A DNA stretch of 64,000 nucleotides from Escherichia phage vB-Eco-KMB26: the sequence record OR539218.1; one strand, given 5' to 3'. A program made the translations under genes and the position numbers. The notes under the pieces were generated by a model. It was not told the DNA's origin, ran no database searches, and saw only the letters and a program-made list of their open reading frames with translations. Shown piece after piece: positions 19,864 to 28,514 of the stretch (position 1 is the first letter of the stretch; every line of letters begins with the position of its first letter).

Positions 19864-19865
19864 CA

Positions 19866-20180
19866 CTAAAAGAAACTTCTTTCACAATTTTTTCCACTGA
19901 ACCATGCGCTTACCGCTTTCTTAGTCTCAGGAGCAGTGTTATCCATAAACCATTCAAAGGCAGCCTTTTTATGATTCTGGAGGGCTTCTCGGGCTTTAAT
20001 CTGCTCACGGTCTATTAACACTAACATATGAGCCTTTCTTGTCACCATGGGCTTCTTATGATTTTTTGAATACTCCCAGTCATTTGTCCATCGCATTGTC
20101 GTTGCGAACTTAAATACTGCTTCTTTAATTTTAGTTTCGTAAATTTCACGAGCCTTTGAGTATAACATCATTACCTCCAT
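19866..20180 (-). CDS. Hypothetical protein
   Basis: 104-aa ORF. Confidence 0.5.
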   Translation of the reverse strand: MEVMMLYSKAREIYETKIKEAVFKFATTMRWTNDWEYSKNHKKPMVTRKAHMLVLIDREQIKAREALQNHKKAAFEWFMDNTAPETKKAVSAWFSGKNCERSFF

Positions 20181-20270
20181 TCACCAGTTTAATTCTAGTC
20201 ATCTTTTTAATGGCAGTCCATATAATCTATTTCTGAACTGCCTTTTTGTCATAGAAGTCCTCTTATGAAT

Positions 20271-21239
20271 TTATTTCAGAAGAGTAACCTCAGCGATTTC
20301 TTGCCAACCGTTTTTGTCGGTCATAATAAAGTCAGCAAGATAAAGTGCAGTACGCAGTGAAACATTGCGTAAACGGTTAACATTGACTTTCATCCATGAT
20401 AATGCTTTATAAGTTTCTTCATCAGAAAGACCGCGCTTTTGCATCATGTCAGTTGAAAGAATAACATCTTCAACCCTGACCATAATTTCTTCATTAGTGT
20501 GAACACCCAAATCCAAATAAACCGAGCGGGACACTAATGCTTGTAAATGTGGAGCAAGTTTAGTACCACGGTCTAATTCGCGGTCAATGTCAACGTTTGT
20601 GATAAAAACAATCGTTCCTTTAAATTCAAACTCACGCTCAATGCCTTTTTCTTCTAAGTAAGAAGATGCGGTGCTCCAGCAGACTTTACGGGTCTCTCCA
20701 GTGTCCAGAGCAGCTTTCAGAAGATTAAGAATGTCCATATCAGAGAAAACATCCACATCATCAATCAAAAGGACAGAATTCTCTTCACGATTATTCCAAA
20801 GTTGTTCATAAAGACCGATACCGGAGATTTTACCGTTAATGCTTTTATATTCAATGTATCCATTATCATTTGCTTTATTCAAAGCTTTATCTAAAGAATA
20901 CGTTTTACCAATACCCGCCGCACCAGAGATAATTAATGAACGAATGTTTCCGTTAATAATACCATTCGTCATCATTCCCATAACATTAAATCTTTTATTA
21001 ATGCGGGTTTTCATATCTTCATATGATTCTTTAACTTCTTCAACTTTTACACCATCATATGAAATGTCTGATTTGTAAACCCAAACACCGCGACGCTTAC
21101 CGTCAATTTCAACAAAAACTTTACCATCTCCTTGTGCATCTACCGGAGCATTATCTGGGAACCATTCACCTAAGAGCTCAAAAGTTCCAGAGATTTCTTT
21201 ACCGAAGTAGATACCCTTATTGATAGTTACAGTTTTCAT
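20271..21239 (-). CDS. P-loop NTPase (ORF track extends to 21257)
   Basis: Walker A GAAGIGKT and Walker B LLIDDVD; start at MKTVTINKG after GGAG RBS. Confidence 0.65.
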   Translation of the reverse strand: MKTVTINKGIYFGKEISGTFELLGEWFPDNAPVDAQGDGKVFVEIDGKRRGVWVYKSDISYDGVKVEEVKESYEDMKTRINKRFNVMGMMTNGIINGNIRSLIISGAAGIGKTYSLDKALNKANDNGYIEYKSINGKISGIGLYEQLWNNREENSVLLIDDVDVFSDMDILNLLKAALDTGETRKVCWSTASSYLEEKGIEREFEFKGTIVFITNVDIDRELDRGTKLAPHLQALVSRSVYLDLGVHTNEEIMVRVEDVILSTDMMQKRGLSDEETYKALSWMKVNVNRLRNVSLRTALYLADFIMTDKNGWQEIAEVTLLK

Positions 21240-21265
21240 TTTATTCTCCAATCTCACATTTGTTT

Positions 21266-21305
21266 TGATAGGGTAATAGTATCACACTACTACCCTTCTG
21301 TAAAC
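21266..21305 (-). promoter_or_regulatory. Early promoter (-35 GTTTAC, -10 ATACTATTAC variant)
   Basis: Motif gatagggtaatagtatcac...gtaaac. Confidence 0.5.
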
Positions 21306-21308
21306 AAT

Positions 21309-21572
21309 TTATTTTAACGTTCGCCAAATTTTTACTGCTTCACGGCGAGATACTTCTACAGCTCCAAGTTCTACAGCTTTTTGGCGTCGGCGAGCGTGTA
21401 AGTCATAATGTTTAATGCGTTTATCTTGAAACCAAGAACGTTTCATTCCTATTGCTTCTGCCATTTCATGAAGCTCTTCAATATCTCCATCAGTGAACAT
21501 ATGACAATTTTTAGTTGGATGACCGCGAAGTTTCCATCCATGATTCATTAAAACATCTACGTAAACTGTCAT
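21309..21572 (-). CDS. Hypothetical protein
   Basis: 87-aa ORF. Confidence 0.5.
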   Translation of the reverse strand: MTVYVDVLMNHGWKLRGHPTKNCHMFTDGDIEELHEMAEAIGMKRSWFQDKRIKHYDLHARRRQKAVELGAVEVSRREAVKIWRTLK

Positions 21573-21718
21573 TGATTCTTCTCCAAATAAGTTTCGATAA
21601 TTTTCTGAGCGAGATAAACTGCATTATCTTCAGTTGCATCTTCTAAGAAACTTTCAAAACACTCTGAAATTTCTTCTGTATCAATCAACTTTTTTACTTC
21701 AATTGGTGTAATTTTCAT
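21569..21718 (-). CDS. Small acidic protein (ORF track extends to 21787, but the early promoter lies inside that extension)
   Basis: Start MKITPIEVKK chosen downstream of the promoter at 21747-21785. Confidence 0.45.
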   Translation of the reverse strand: MKITPIEVKKLIDTEEISECFESFLEDATEDNAVYLAQKIIETYLEKNQ

Positions 21719-21746
21719 TTTGTTTTTCCGTTTAAGTGTTTGTTTT

Positions 21747-21785
21747 GATAGTTGTATAGTACCATAAAGCTTTATGCTTGTAAAC
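21747..21785 (-). promoter_or_regulatory. Early promoter (-35 GTTTAC, -10 TACTAT)
   Basis: Motif gatagttgtatagtacc...gtaaac. Confidence 0.55.
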
Positions 21786-21815
21786 AATTTTGTGAAAAAT
21801 TTTTGAAATAAAAAA

Positions 21816-21833
21816 GGGAGCCCGAAGGCTCCC
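21816..21833 (-). terminator. C(UUCG)G-type hairpin GGGAGCCttcgGGCTCCC
   Basis: 7-bp GC-rich stem; adjacent A/T run. Confidence 0.55.
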
Positions 21834-21835
21834 TA

Positions 21836-22849
21836 TCATTTATAATAACTTCGGTGGTTTTCAAGATAAACCCTCTCAAGGAAGTCATCCCAAAAACCCA
21901 TGTCTACTTTTTGCTGCATACCGTTCTTAGAAGCTTCAGTAGATGCTGCTTCTACTTGATCGACCACATCTTCCAAAAACTCTTGAACCGTTTTAAATGG
22001 ATGTTTACCCAACTTCACGTCGAGAATAAATGGAGCATCTTGGAGTGGATAAACCAAGTCACCAGTTTTGTAAATTTCCAATAGTTGGAGTCCACCACGG
22101 CAAGCATGACTCAGAGCTTTCCAGTCAATACCTTCATTGGCTTCGGCCTTACGAGCACGTTCACCGTATTCAGCATCTAATTTGTTCAGTGACTGCTTAA
22201 GCTCAATAAGAGAAAGCGTTGTCTGATATTTACGACCCAACACTGTGTAGAACGTCTGTGGGCCTGTTTTCTCATGATTATGGAACACCCATTCACAGAA
22301 TTCGTTTTCTGGAAGACGATGCTTAATATCTTCAACTTTAGTACGACGCTGCTTAATAGAACCATCTTCTTGGTAATCAACCCATTGCTCAGGGATTTGA
22401 TTAACTACTTTCAATACATCACGTAATGCAGCCAAACGAGAACCCTTAACGCCGTATTTAGAAGCTTGCTTACGGACATATCCTAAATAGGATTTCATGT
22501 TAGTCGTATAAAAACGAGAACGGTTGTCTTGAATAAACTTCCACACATCAGGCAAATCAGATTTAACCACTAGTTCAGGTGGAGTGTGAAGCATATCTAA
22601 CGCTACAGTTTCACCATCTGCTGCTAATTTAAAGAAATATTTAAGACTGTATAGTTCATGGTCAATATCATCTTTAGTGTTTTTAGATGATGTGTTGTTA
22701 GTGTTTTTACTCATGTGCTCTTTAACATTTCCGATAAGAATATCACGAGCAGGAGGAACAAAGATTTCTTTAAAATCTACATCAGATTCTGGGGTAGAAG
22801 TTCCATAAAGATGACTACCAAAATAGCTTTTCATTACTGTTTTCATCAT
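21836..22849 (-). CDS. Predicted nucleotidyltransferase-fold protein
   Basis: 337 aa; N-terminal GSx10DVD motif (YFGSHLYGTSTPESDVDF) typical of pol-beta-superfamily NTases. Confidence 0.5.
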   Translation of the reverse strand: MMKTVMKSYFGSHLYGTSTPESDVDFKEIFVPPARDILIGNVKEHMSKNTNNTSSKNTKDDIDHELYSLKYFFKLAADGETVALDMLHTPPELVVKSDLPDVWKFIQDNRSRFYTTNMKSYLGYVRKQASKYGVKGSRLAALRDVLKVVNQIPEQWVDYQEDGSIKQRRTKVEDIKHRLPENEFCEWVFHNHEKTGPQTFYTVLGRKYQTTLSLIELKQSLNKLDAEYGERARKAEANEGIDWKALSHACRGGLQLLEIYKTGDLVYPLQDAPFILDVKLGKHPFKTVQEFLEDVVDQVEAASTEASKNGMQQKVDMGFWDDFLERVYLENHRSYYK

Positions 22850-23307
22850 TCAGCCTTATATTCAATAACAGGACATACTTTAGCTTTACGAGCTTTTAAA
22901 AATTCAACGATAATCGATTTCTTGGGTTGAATAGGAGGTAAACCTTTATACGCCCTATCAATATTTTCTACGTGTAAAGCATAATCCTTTTTCCATTTAT
23001 AATCTTTATATTTTTCACGCAGTTGTGCAGGAATAACAAATGAACCGATAATAAGTAAAACAAGCAAAATGGCAAGTATAAATGCTGATGGAATAAGAGT
23101 CCATAAACTACCAAAAATAAGCCATTTCTGTATGATTTCTGCGCAGATGATAGTTAGACCTACGAGTATAGTACATCCGAAAAAAGAAACGAAAAATGTA
23201 GGGATAACAATAGACCAAAAGTATGCGCACAGCGTCTTAGGTCGTTGCCATTCATCGTTAAACAATTTGAATAATTTATAGTGCCAAGAGTTTTCATTAA
23301 TAATCAT
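22846..23307 (-). CDS. Integral membrane protein
   Basis: 153 aa with about 3-4 hydrophobic helices. Confidence 0.55.
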   Translation of the reverse strand: MIINENSWHYKLFKLFNDEWQRPKTLCAYFWSIVIPTFFVSFFGCTILVGLTIICAEIIQKWLIFGSLWTLIPSAFILAILLVLLIIGSFVIPAQLREKYKDYKWKKDYALHVENIDRAYKGLPPIQPKKSIIVEFLKARKAKVCPVIEYKAE

Positions 23308-23309
23308 AA

Positions 23310-23831
23310 TTATCCTTTCATTGAAGGTGTAACAGTTGTTAAATACTTAATCATAGCTTCAGCTTCTGATTTTGATAATGAAATTTCTTCATTGTTTTGA
23401 CGAATAGAAATAAAATCCGGATGACGGTCACCACCAGCTTTTAAAACACACATATAAGTATCAGTTTCATCTTCAATATCTGAAATGATTGAAGCAGTTC
23501 CACATGAATGCGGTTTTTGATAAATCAATACAGCTTTTCTTCCGCCATTTGACTGTTCATAAACTTTTAATACATCAAACAAATCACTTCTTTTATCAAT
23601 AGCTAAAATGTTATTTTCATCTTCAATGTTAAATCCTTCGGATACTTCATAAAGTGTCACCCATAAATCGCCAATATCAATAACAGCGTTCACTTTTCCA
23701 TGACTTTCAAGAGCATGACAAATTTTCTTGATTTCGTCATAACTCATTTTAATAATATCATCTCCTTGAATAAGAAAGATGTCATTTTTAAATTCAACAC
23801 GAATTAAACCACTTCCACTTGAAATAAACAT
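23310..23831 (-). CDS. Hypothetical protein, paralog of 23838-24395
   Basis: 173 aa; C-terminus EAEAMIKYLTTVTPSMKG resembles EAIALKTYLDSVIPTMISK of the neighbour. Confidence 0.55.
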   Translation of the reverse strand: MFISSGSGLIRVEFKNDIFLIQGDDIIKMSYDEIKKICHALESHGKVNAVIDIGDLWVTLYEVSEGFNIEDENNILAIDKRSDLFDVLKVYEQSNGGRKAVLIYQKPHSCGTASIISDIEDETDTYMCVLKAGGDRHPDFISIRQNNEEISLSKSEAEAMIKYLTTVTPSMKG

Positions 23832-23837
23832 ATTTCC

Positions 23838-24395
23838 TCACTTTGAAATCATAGTTGGAATGACAGAATCGAGATAAGTCTTTAGCGCAATAGCTTCGTC
23901 TTTGGTAAATGTGACAATATACGATCGAAAATCATCAATTTGACGAATAGTTAAGACATCACCATCTTCATAGCATTTTGATACGTTTAAAACAGTTTCA
24001 TCATTCTGATTGCAAGCGTTAGTAATAATAGCATTGCAATTTTTGAGCCATTTTAAACTATGTTTTCTTTCATTAGAATAATAAAAATATTTAATCTTAT
24101 CTATAAAACTATCCCAATGGATAACTGATAAACACATTGACTCACTTTTAATATTAAATCCTGGGCATGAAGAATAAAAATGAATTTTGTGCTCATCATT
24201 GATGCTTACTATTTTATCAGTATAAGGATATTCAATTTGGGTTAAATGAATGATTTCACTAGGCGTAAAATATAGCATATCGTCTTCTTGTGTCAAACGA
24301 TACATATTATTTACTTTTTCTATAGCTAATTCACCAAAAAGCGGACTAACTTCTAATACTAATCGTTTCATATTGATTCTCTTCGACTCACCCAC
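23838..24395 (-). CDS. Hypothetical protein, paralog of 23310-23831; ORF-track start is GTG, alternative ATG at 24371
   Basis: 185-aa ORF. Confidence 0.5.
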   Translation of the reverse strand: MGESKRINMKRLVLEVSPLFGELAIEKVNNMYRLTQEDDMLYFTPSEIIHLTQIEYPYTDKIVSINDEHKIHFYSSCPGFNIKSESMCLSVIHWDSFIDKIKYFYYSNERKHSLKWLKNCNAIITNACNQNDETVLNVSKCYEDGDVLTIRQIDDFRSYIVTFTKDEAIALKTYLDSVIPTMISK

Positions 24396-24397
24396 AA

Positions 24398-24502
24398 TTA
24401 CATACTCCTTTGAATAATATCAATAATGTTGTTCACCAGATTATAAGTAAACATTGGATAATTATATTGAATCATCACATACACAACAAACAAAACTTTC
24501 AT
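24398..24502 (-). CDS. Micro-ORF (34 aa, hydrophobic) with strong AAGGAG RBS, ending 2 nt before the GTG start of the downstream gene
   Basis: Hand translation MKVLFVVYVMIQYNYPMFTYNLVNNIIDIIQRSM. Confidence 0.25.
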   Translation of the reverse strand: MKVLFVVYVMIQYNYPMFTYNLVNNIIDIIQRSM

Positions 24503-24518
24503 TCTCTTCTCCTTGGCA

Positions 24519-24552
24519 GTTGACAAGATTACTATATCATAATCTTGTCAAC
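24519..24552. repeat. Perfect 13-bp inverted repeat GTTGACAAGATTA-(8 nt)-TAATCTTGTCAAC
   Basis: Read directly; each arm contains TTGACA. Confidence 0.85.
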
Positions 24553-24562
24553 TTGTAAACCA

Positions 24563-24736
24563 TTAAATGACGTTTTCAATAAAATTCTGAAGCTTTGTGT
24601 GAGCATCAACCATGATTTTCATTTCTTCTTTGGCGAAAGCTGTACCTCTTTCCCGAGAAGAACACTCATAGTCAGAAACTGCATTAGCATATTCTTCAAT
24701 TAGTTTCATTAAAAACATCTGCTTTTCAGTTTTCAT
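24563..24736 (-). CDS. Small ORF (57 aa)
   Basis: Hand translation MKTEKQMFLMKLIEEYANAV...; below ORF-track cutoff. Confidence 0.35.
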   Translation of the reverse strand: MKTEKQMFLMKLIEEYANAVSDYECSSRERGTAFAKEEMKIMVDAHTKLQNFIENVI

Positions 24737-24920
24737 TATTCCACCTAATCATTTCAAGATATTGAACTAACTTAGCTTTGGATTTATCCAAATCCTTTTT
24801 AGCTGCTTCTATACCGTCGTATGAATATCCTTCACAATGCTCAACTGCTAATTGGTATGAATCTATTTCAATATCACGTGCTAATTTAATGATTTTTTCA
24901 AACTGTTCACGTGTTAGCAT
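24726..24920 (-). CDS. Hypothetical small protein
   Basis: 64-aa ORF. Confidence 0.5.
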   Translation of the reverse strand: MLTREQFEKIIKLARDIEIDSYQLAVEHCEGYSYDGIEAAKKDLDKSKAKLVQYLEMIRWNNEN

Positions 24921-24922
24921 AA

Positions 24923-25126
24923 TTAAACTCTCGTATTATGATCGATAATTTCATCAAGAAACATATCTAACGCTTCTAAAGCATTATCAACTTTAGCTTC
25001 AAATTTTTCAATACCTTTATTTGCAATGCCTGCCGAAAACCAAGCAAAGTCACTAAGTTCCTCATCTGCTTTGCGAATTAAAGCTACCAATTCTTTAATT
25101 TTATCTGCTTGTTCAATTCTAGTCAT
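24923..25126 (-). CDS. Hypothetical small protein; start MTRIEQAD overlaps the upstream stop (TAATG); ORF track extends to 25162
   Basis: Start context inspected by hand. Confidence 0.45.
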   Translation of the reverse strand: MTRIEQADKIKELVALIRKADEELSDFAWFSAGIANKGIEKFEAKVDNALEALDMFLDEIIDHNTRV

Positions 25127-25314
25127 TATTCCACCACATATGAAAGAGAGAATATTGCACACGCCATATGAGTTGCAGCTTCATCACACATATCATAACG
25201 TTTCTTAAGAAGTTCTACAAGTTCTTCACTAGTAACTTCATCCATGTCGACGAAAAAATCACCATTAATGATGACGTAGATATTTCCTTCTTGATTAAGT
25301 GCTTCAATTTTCAT
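25126..25314 (-). CDS. Hypothetical small acidic protein; start MKIEALN after GAGGAG RBS (ORF track extends to 25359)
   Basis: RBS and early promoter upstream. Confidence 0.5.
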   Translation of the reverse strand: MKIEALNQEGNIYVIINGDFFVDMDEVTSEELVELLKKRYDMCDEAATHMACAIFSLSYVVE

Positions 25315-25333
25315 GATGTTCTCCTCTTTATCC

Positions 25334-25372
25334 GATAGTTGTATAGTACCACAGCTCAAACGGAAAGTAAAC
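25334..25372 (-). promoter_or_regulatory. Early promoter (-35 GTTTAC, -10 TACTAT)
   Basis: Motif gatagttgtatagtacc...gtaaac. Confidence 0.55.
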
Positions 25373-25388
25373 CGGTAAAATGAAAAAA

Positions 25389-25404
25389 GTCTCCCGAAGG
25401 AGAC
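25389..25404 (-). terminator. C(UUCG)G-type hairpin GTCTCCttcgGGAGAC
   Basis: 6-bp stem with UUCG loop downstream of the rI.-1-position gene. Confidence 0.5.
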
Positions 25405-25409
25405 TAATG

Positions 25410-25796
25410 TTATTCGAGGGAAAGAAGATACTTACTTTGGTAAAACATTCCAGTAATATCATCTATCGTGCTTTGAATGGCTGGAGGCATTTCTTTATAA
25501 ATGCTGTTAGATTGGTCTAGTATGCGATCAATCATTTTAATTGTGTCGGTAGGAAGTTTACTGGCATCTGGAATTGAAGGCGTGTATTTTCTACCAGAAT
25601 ACCCCAAATATTGCTCACCAAATTTATCAATCAAATCTGGCAACTCGGAGAAAATAAAATCGTATGCTTTGTGTCTAGCATAACTTTTAGTTTCAAAATG
25701 TGCAGAATGAAAATAAGCTTGTGCAGCCATTAATAAACCTAAGTATTCATCTGCCTTTGAAGGTTTTCCACTTTGTGAAAAGTCGCTGAATTTCAT
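25410..25796 (-). CDS. Hypothetical protein at the rI.-1 position
   Basis: 128-aa ORF immediately downstream of rI. Confidence 0.55.
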   Translation of the reverse strand: MKFSDFSQSGKPSKADEYLGLLMAAQAYFHSAHFETKSYARHKAYDFIFSELPDLIDKFGEQYLGYSGRKYTPSIPDASKLPTDTIKMIDRILDQSNSIYKEMPPAIQSTIDDITGMFYQSKYLLSLE

Positions 25797-26086
25797 TCAG
25801 TCTCCAATTTAATGTTCATAATTCTAGCGTATGATTGTGCCATCTCCGCGCCTCGCTCTATACATTCAAAATCGGAAGAGCACGGGTCATTTTTATAAGT
25901 CGTTCGCATAAAACTATAGAACTGTTCAGATGATTCTACGCTTTTATTTTCAAAAAGCATATAAACGTGTCTAATACCAGATTCCATAAATTTATCAAAA
26001 TGAGGATCGACATTCGCTTCAATTGGTGGAGATAAAGCAAATGCTAATCCTAGCATGGCAAATAGTGCCGTTGCTTTTAAGGCCAT
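25793..26086 (-). CDS. rI: Lysis-inhibition regulator rI (periplasmic, signal-anchored)
   Basis: 97 aa; MALKATALFAMLGL... matches T4 RI. Confidence 0.88.
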   Translation of the reverse strand: MALKATALFAMLGLAFALSPPIEANVDPHFDKFMESGIRHVYMLFENKSVESSEQFYSFMRTTYKNDPCSSDFECIERGAEMAQSYARIMNIKLETE

Positions 26087-26098
26087 AAAGGCCTCCTA

Positions 26099-26311
26099 TC
26101 ATTTTTGTCCTGTATTTACTTTATGCCGATGCACGGCCTTAACTTTATCAAGGTATTTTTCAAAATTTCGCAATCTAGTATAGTCTGCCGGAGATTGGTT
26201 GAGTGATACTTCTCGACGCAAAGCTGAAATGATATTTCCAACTTCCCTACGAATTTCATCTAATTGAAGCACAGTAAGATTGCGAAGTTGCTTTTCAGTT
26301 AATTGTAGCAT
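26099..26311 (-). CDS. Hypothetical protein at the rI.1 position
   Basis: 70-aa ORF. Confidence 0.55.
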
Positions 26312-26336
26312 ATATACCCCTTTAGTTAGATAAACC

Positions 26337-26344
26337 TATTTATA
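26337..26344 (-). promoter_or_regulatory. Late promoter -10 element TATAAATA
   Basis: Exact TATAAATA on minus strand about 25 nt upstream of the 26311 start. Confidence 0.45.
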
Positions 26345-26353
26345 ACTTTTGCA

Positions 26354-26935
26354 CTAACCGAGCTTTTTAGTTAATTCATTCCAATGCTTTCTACACAAAG
26401 AAACATAAATTTCATCACCAATACAGATTTGATTACCTTCTTTAACTGGTGTTCCATCTTCCATTAATCGAGCTGTCATAATAGCTTTTTTACCACAATG
26501 ACAAACTGCCTTTAGTTCAATAAGTTTATCTGCAATCGCCAAAAGTTCTTTAGAACCTTCAAATAATTTTCCAGCGAAATCAGTCCTTAGCCCATAAGCC
26601 ATAACAGGAACATTATATGTATCAACAATTCGACTTAATTGATGCACCTGTTCAGTTTTTAAAAACTGAGCTTCATCTACAAATACACAATGAATATCTT
26701 TTTGTGCTTCAGCCCATTTATAGAACTCAAAAATATCCATATCATCCGTAATAATATTCGCTTCCTGCTTAATTCCAATGCGAGAAACGACTTCACAGAC
26801 AGAATCGCGAGTATCAATAGCAGGCTTAAGAACTAATACACCCATTCCGCGTTCTTTATAATTATGTGCAGCAGTCAAAAGAGAAGCAGATTTTCCAGCA
26901 TTCATTGCTGCGTAAGTAAAAATTAAACTCGCCAT
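26354..26935 (-). CDS. tk: Thymidine kinase
   Basis: 193 aa; P-loop AAMNAGKS; C-terminal Zn-binding Cys pairs; matches T4 Tk. Confidence 0.92.
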   Translation of the reverse strand: MASLIFTYAAMNAGKSASLLTAAHNYKERGMGVLVLKPAIDTRDSVCEVVSRIGIKQEANIITDDMDIFEFYKWAEAQKDIHCVFVDEAQFLKTEQVHQLSRIVDTYNVPVMAYGLRTDFAGKLFEGSKELLAIADKLIELKAVCHCGKKAIMTARLMEDGTPVKEGNQICIGDEIYVSLCRKHWNELTKKLG

Positions 26936-26944
26936 ATCACCTTC

Positions 26945-27130
26945 TTAAAGCATATTCACATAAGCTATTAATTCGTTTTCTTTCTTATCAAACCGATCAG
27001 CAAATTCTTCTTGCTGTTCGGGAGATAGCGGGCCGTATTCATCATAAAAGGTGTTTGCTTCTGTATGCTCATCTAGAAGTTCATGGATAAGCTCAAACAA
27101 TTTATCTTTTTGTTCTTTACTCAGACTCAT
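26945..27130 (-). CDS. Hypothetical small acidic protein (tk.1 position)
   Basis: 61-aa ORF. Confidence 0.5.
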   Translation of the reverse strand: MSLSKEQKDKLFELIHELLDEHTEANTFYDEYGPLSPEQQEEFADRFDKKENELIAYVNML

Positions 27131-27300
27131 ATATTAATTTCCAGGAGTTTTAAAATAATTCGCTTTTGCTTAAATATTTCCATAGTTAAATGACCAGTAT
27201 CTTTTTGACCGATTCCAATGGCAAAACCTTTATTAACAGCGAGTTCAATTAAATTATCAAGCTCACGTAACACTTCATACTGTAACTCAAAACTATTCAT
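27127..27300 (-). CDS. Small ORF (57 aa) coupled by ATGA overlap to the downstream gene
   Basis: Hand translation MNSFELQYEVLREL...; below ORF-track cutoff. Confidence 0.4.
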   Translation of the reverse strand: MNSFELQYEVLRELDNLIELAVNKGFAIGIGQKDTGHLTMEIFKQKRIILKLLEINI

Positions 27301-27509
27301 TTCGGTTTACCTTCTTTAACGAAATCTGGATAAGGATAAAATCCCGAATAAAATCCTTCACCTTTATGATTGATGCATCCTTTATTAGAACAATAGCACC
27401 AATAATCGAAATCACAAGCCATTTCATCGTTGCATAAAGCAAAAACAACTGGCCATTTACACTTTTCACAATGGGCATTTTTAAGAATACTAGTTTGGCT
27501 CATAACCAT
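27297..27509 (-). CDS. Cys-rich small protein (probable Zn-binding)
   Basis: 70 aa with 8 Cys/His in CxxC-like spacing. Confidence 0.5.
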   Translation of the reverse strand: MVMSQTSILKNAHCEKCKWPVVFALCNDEMACDFDYWCYCSNKGCINHKGEGFYSGFYPYPDFVKEGKPK

Positions 27510-27727
27510 GTAACCTTTAAGCAGTATTCTTCTACATGCTGTTTACGACCTTTCTTATCAATAAAGGTATATTCAACGAATGTTCCAATGTAGTCTTTAT
27601 CTACATCATGCGGACTATTAATTGGACATTTAGTACGGCAAATGCGTTCCCATTGACGAATAATTACTGCCTTATTCTTTGGGTCATATGGATGTGGATA
27701 ATGTATATTCATAATAACGGTTCCCAA
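27500..27727 (-). CDS. Hypothetical small protein
   Basis: 75-aa ORF. Confidence 0.5.
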   Translation of the reverse strand: MGTVIMNIHYPHPYDPKNKAVIIRQWERICRTKCPINSPHDVDKDYIGTFVEYTFIDKKGRKQHVEEYCLKVTWL

Positions 27728-28176
27728 TCAACAATCACAATTTCTAATTTAGAGGAATATGTATCTAAAATCCCCTCAATAATATCCCAGTTCCCTTTAC
27801 CTATGCCTGCACCAATCCTAGGCATATAGATTGTAGGTTTAATCAGTTTATTTTCACCAAACTCATTTAATTCTAACATACAATTCATTAAAGCGGAATA
27901 CTCAAAATTTGGCCCTGGTTGAAATTGAGTATAAAGGTTGAAGCAATACGCTTTATGAGTCCTAAAGTATTTTTCATAGACTGAGTAAGAACCGAGTTTA
28001 GTTACATCACCCCATTCAGTCTGTAATTTATCAGCTTCCAAAATTTTAGGGAAAGCTTTGGTTAATTGACCCGCTACGCCTGAACCCATAGTATGAAAAC
28101 AATTGCATCCATGCGCAATATTTTTACCTTCAGCGAAAAGGGCGACAATATCGCCCTTGATATATTTTACAATCAT
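27709..28176 (-). CDS. Macro-domain-like protein (predicted ADP-ribose binding/hydrolase fold)
   Basis: 155 aa; GDIVAL...HGCNC...MGSGVAGQL and IGAGIGKG resemble macro-domain GDIT...NAAN...GGGVxGAI and glycine-rich loop. Confidence 0.45.
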   Translation of the reverse strand: MIVKYIKGDIVALFAEGKNIAHGCNCFHTMGSGVAGQLTKAFPKILEADKLQTEWGDVTKLGSYSVYEKYFRTHKAYCFNLYTQFQPGPNFEYSALMNCMLELNEFGENKLIKPTIYMPRIGAGIGKGNWDIIEGILDTYSSKLEIVIVDWEPLL

Positions 28177-28514
28177 CTAGTACTCAATCCTCGATTATAA
28201 GAATCTACCAAACGGTCAACCATTGAATGACAAGCGGCTTTATCTTTCTCCTCCGCAACTGAACATTCTAAGGTATTCCACTTTTTAGCATATCGTTTTA
28301 ATAATGTATCGTTTTTGTATCTGCTTGATTTATCTCTTTCTCCGTCTTTATATGCATATATTAATTTCTGCGCAAATTCAGCTTGGCATGCTTTATTTTT
28401 CCCACAATAATCTGCCGCAGTGCGATTTACATATTCTCTAATTTCAGTATATGATGTATCTGCTAACGCAGAAAATGAAATTAATCCTATACATAAAACC
28501 AAAATTTTAGTCAT
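28173..28514 (-). CDS. Secreted/periplasmic small protein
   Basis: 113 aa; N-terminal MTKILVLCIGLISFSALA followed by DTSY; 4 Cys. Confidence 0.5.
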   Translation of the reverse strand: MTKILVLCIGLISFSALADTSYTEIREYVNRTAADYCGKNKACQAEFAQKLIYAYKDGERDKSSRYKNDTLLKRYAKKWNTLECSVAEEKDKAACHSMVDRLVDSYNRGLSTR

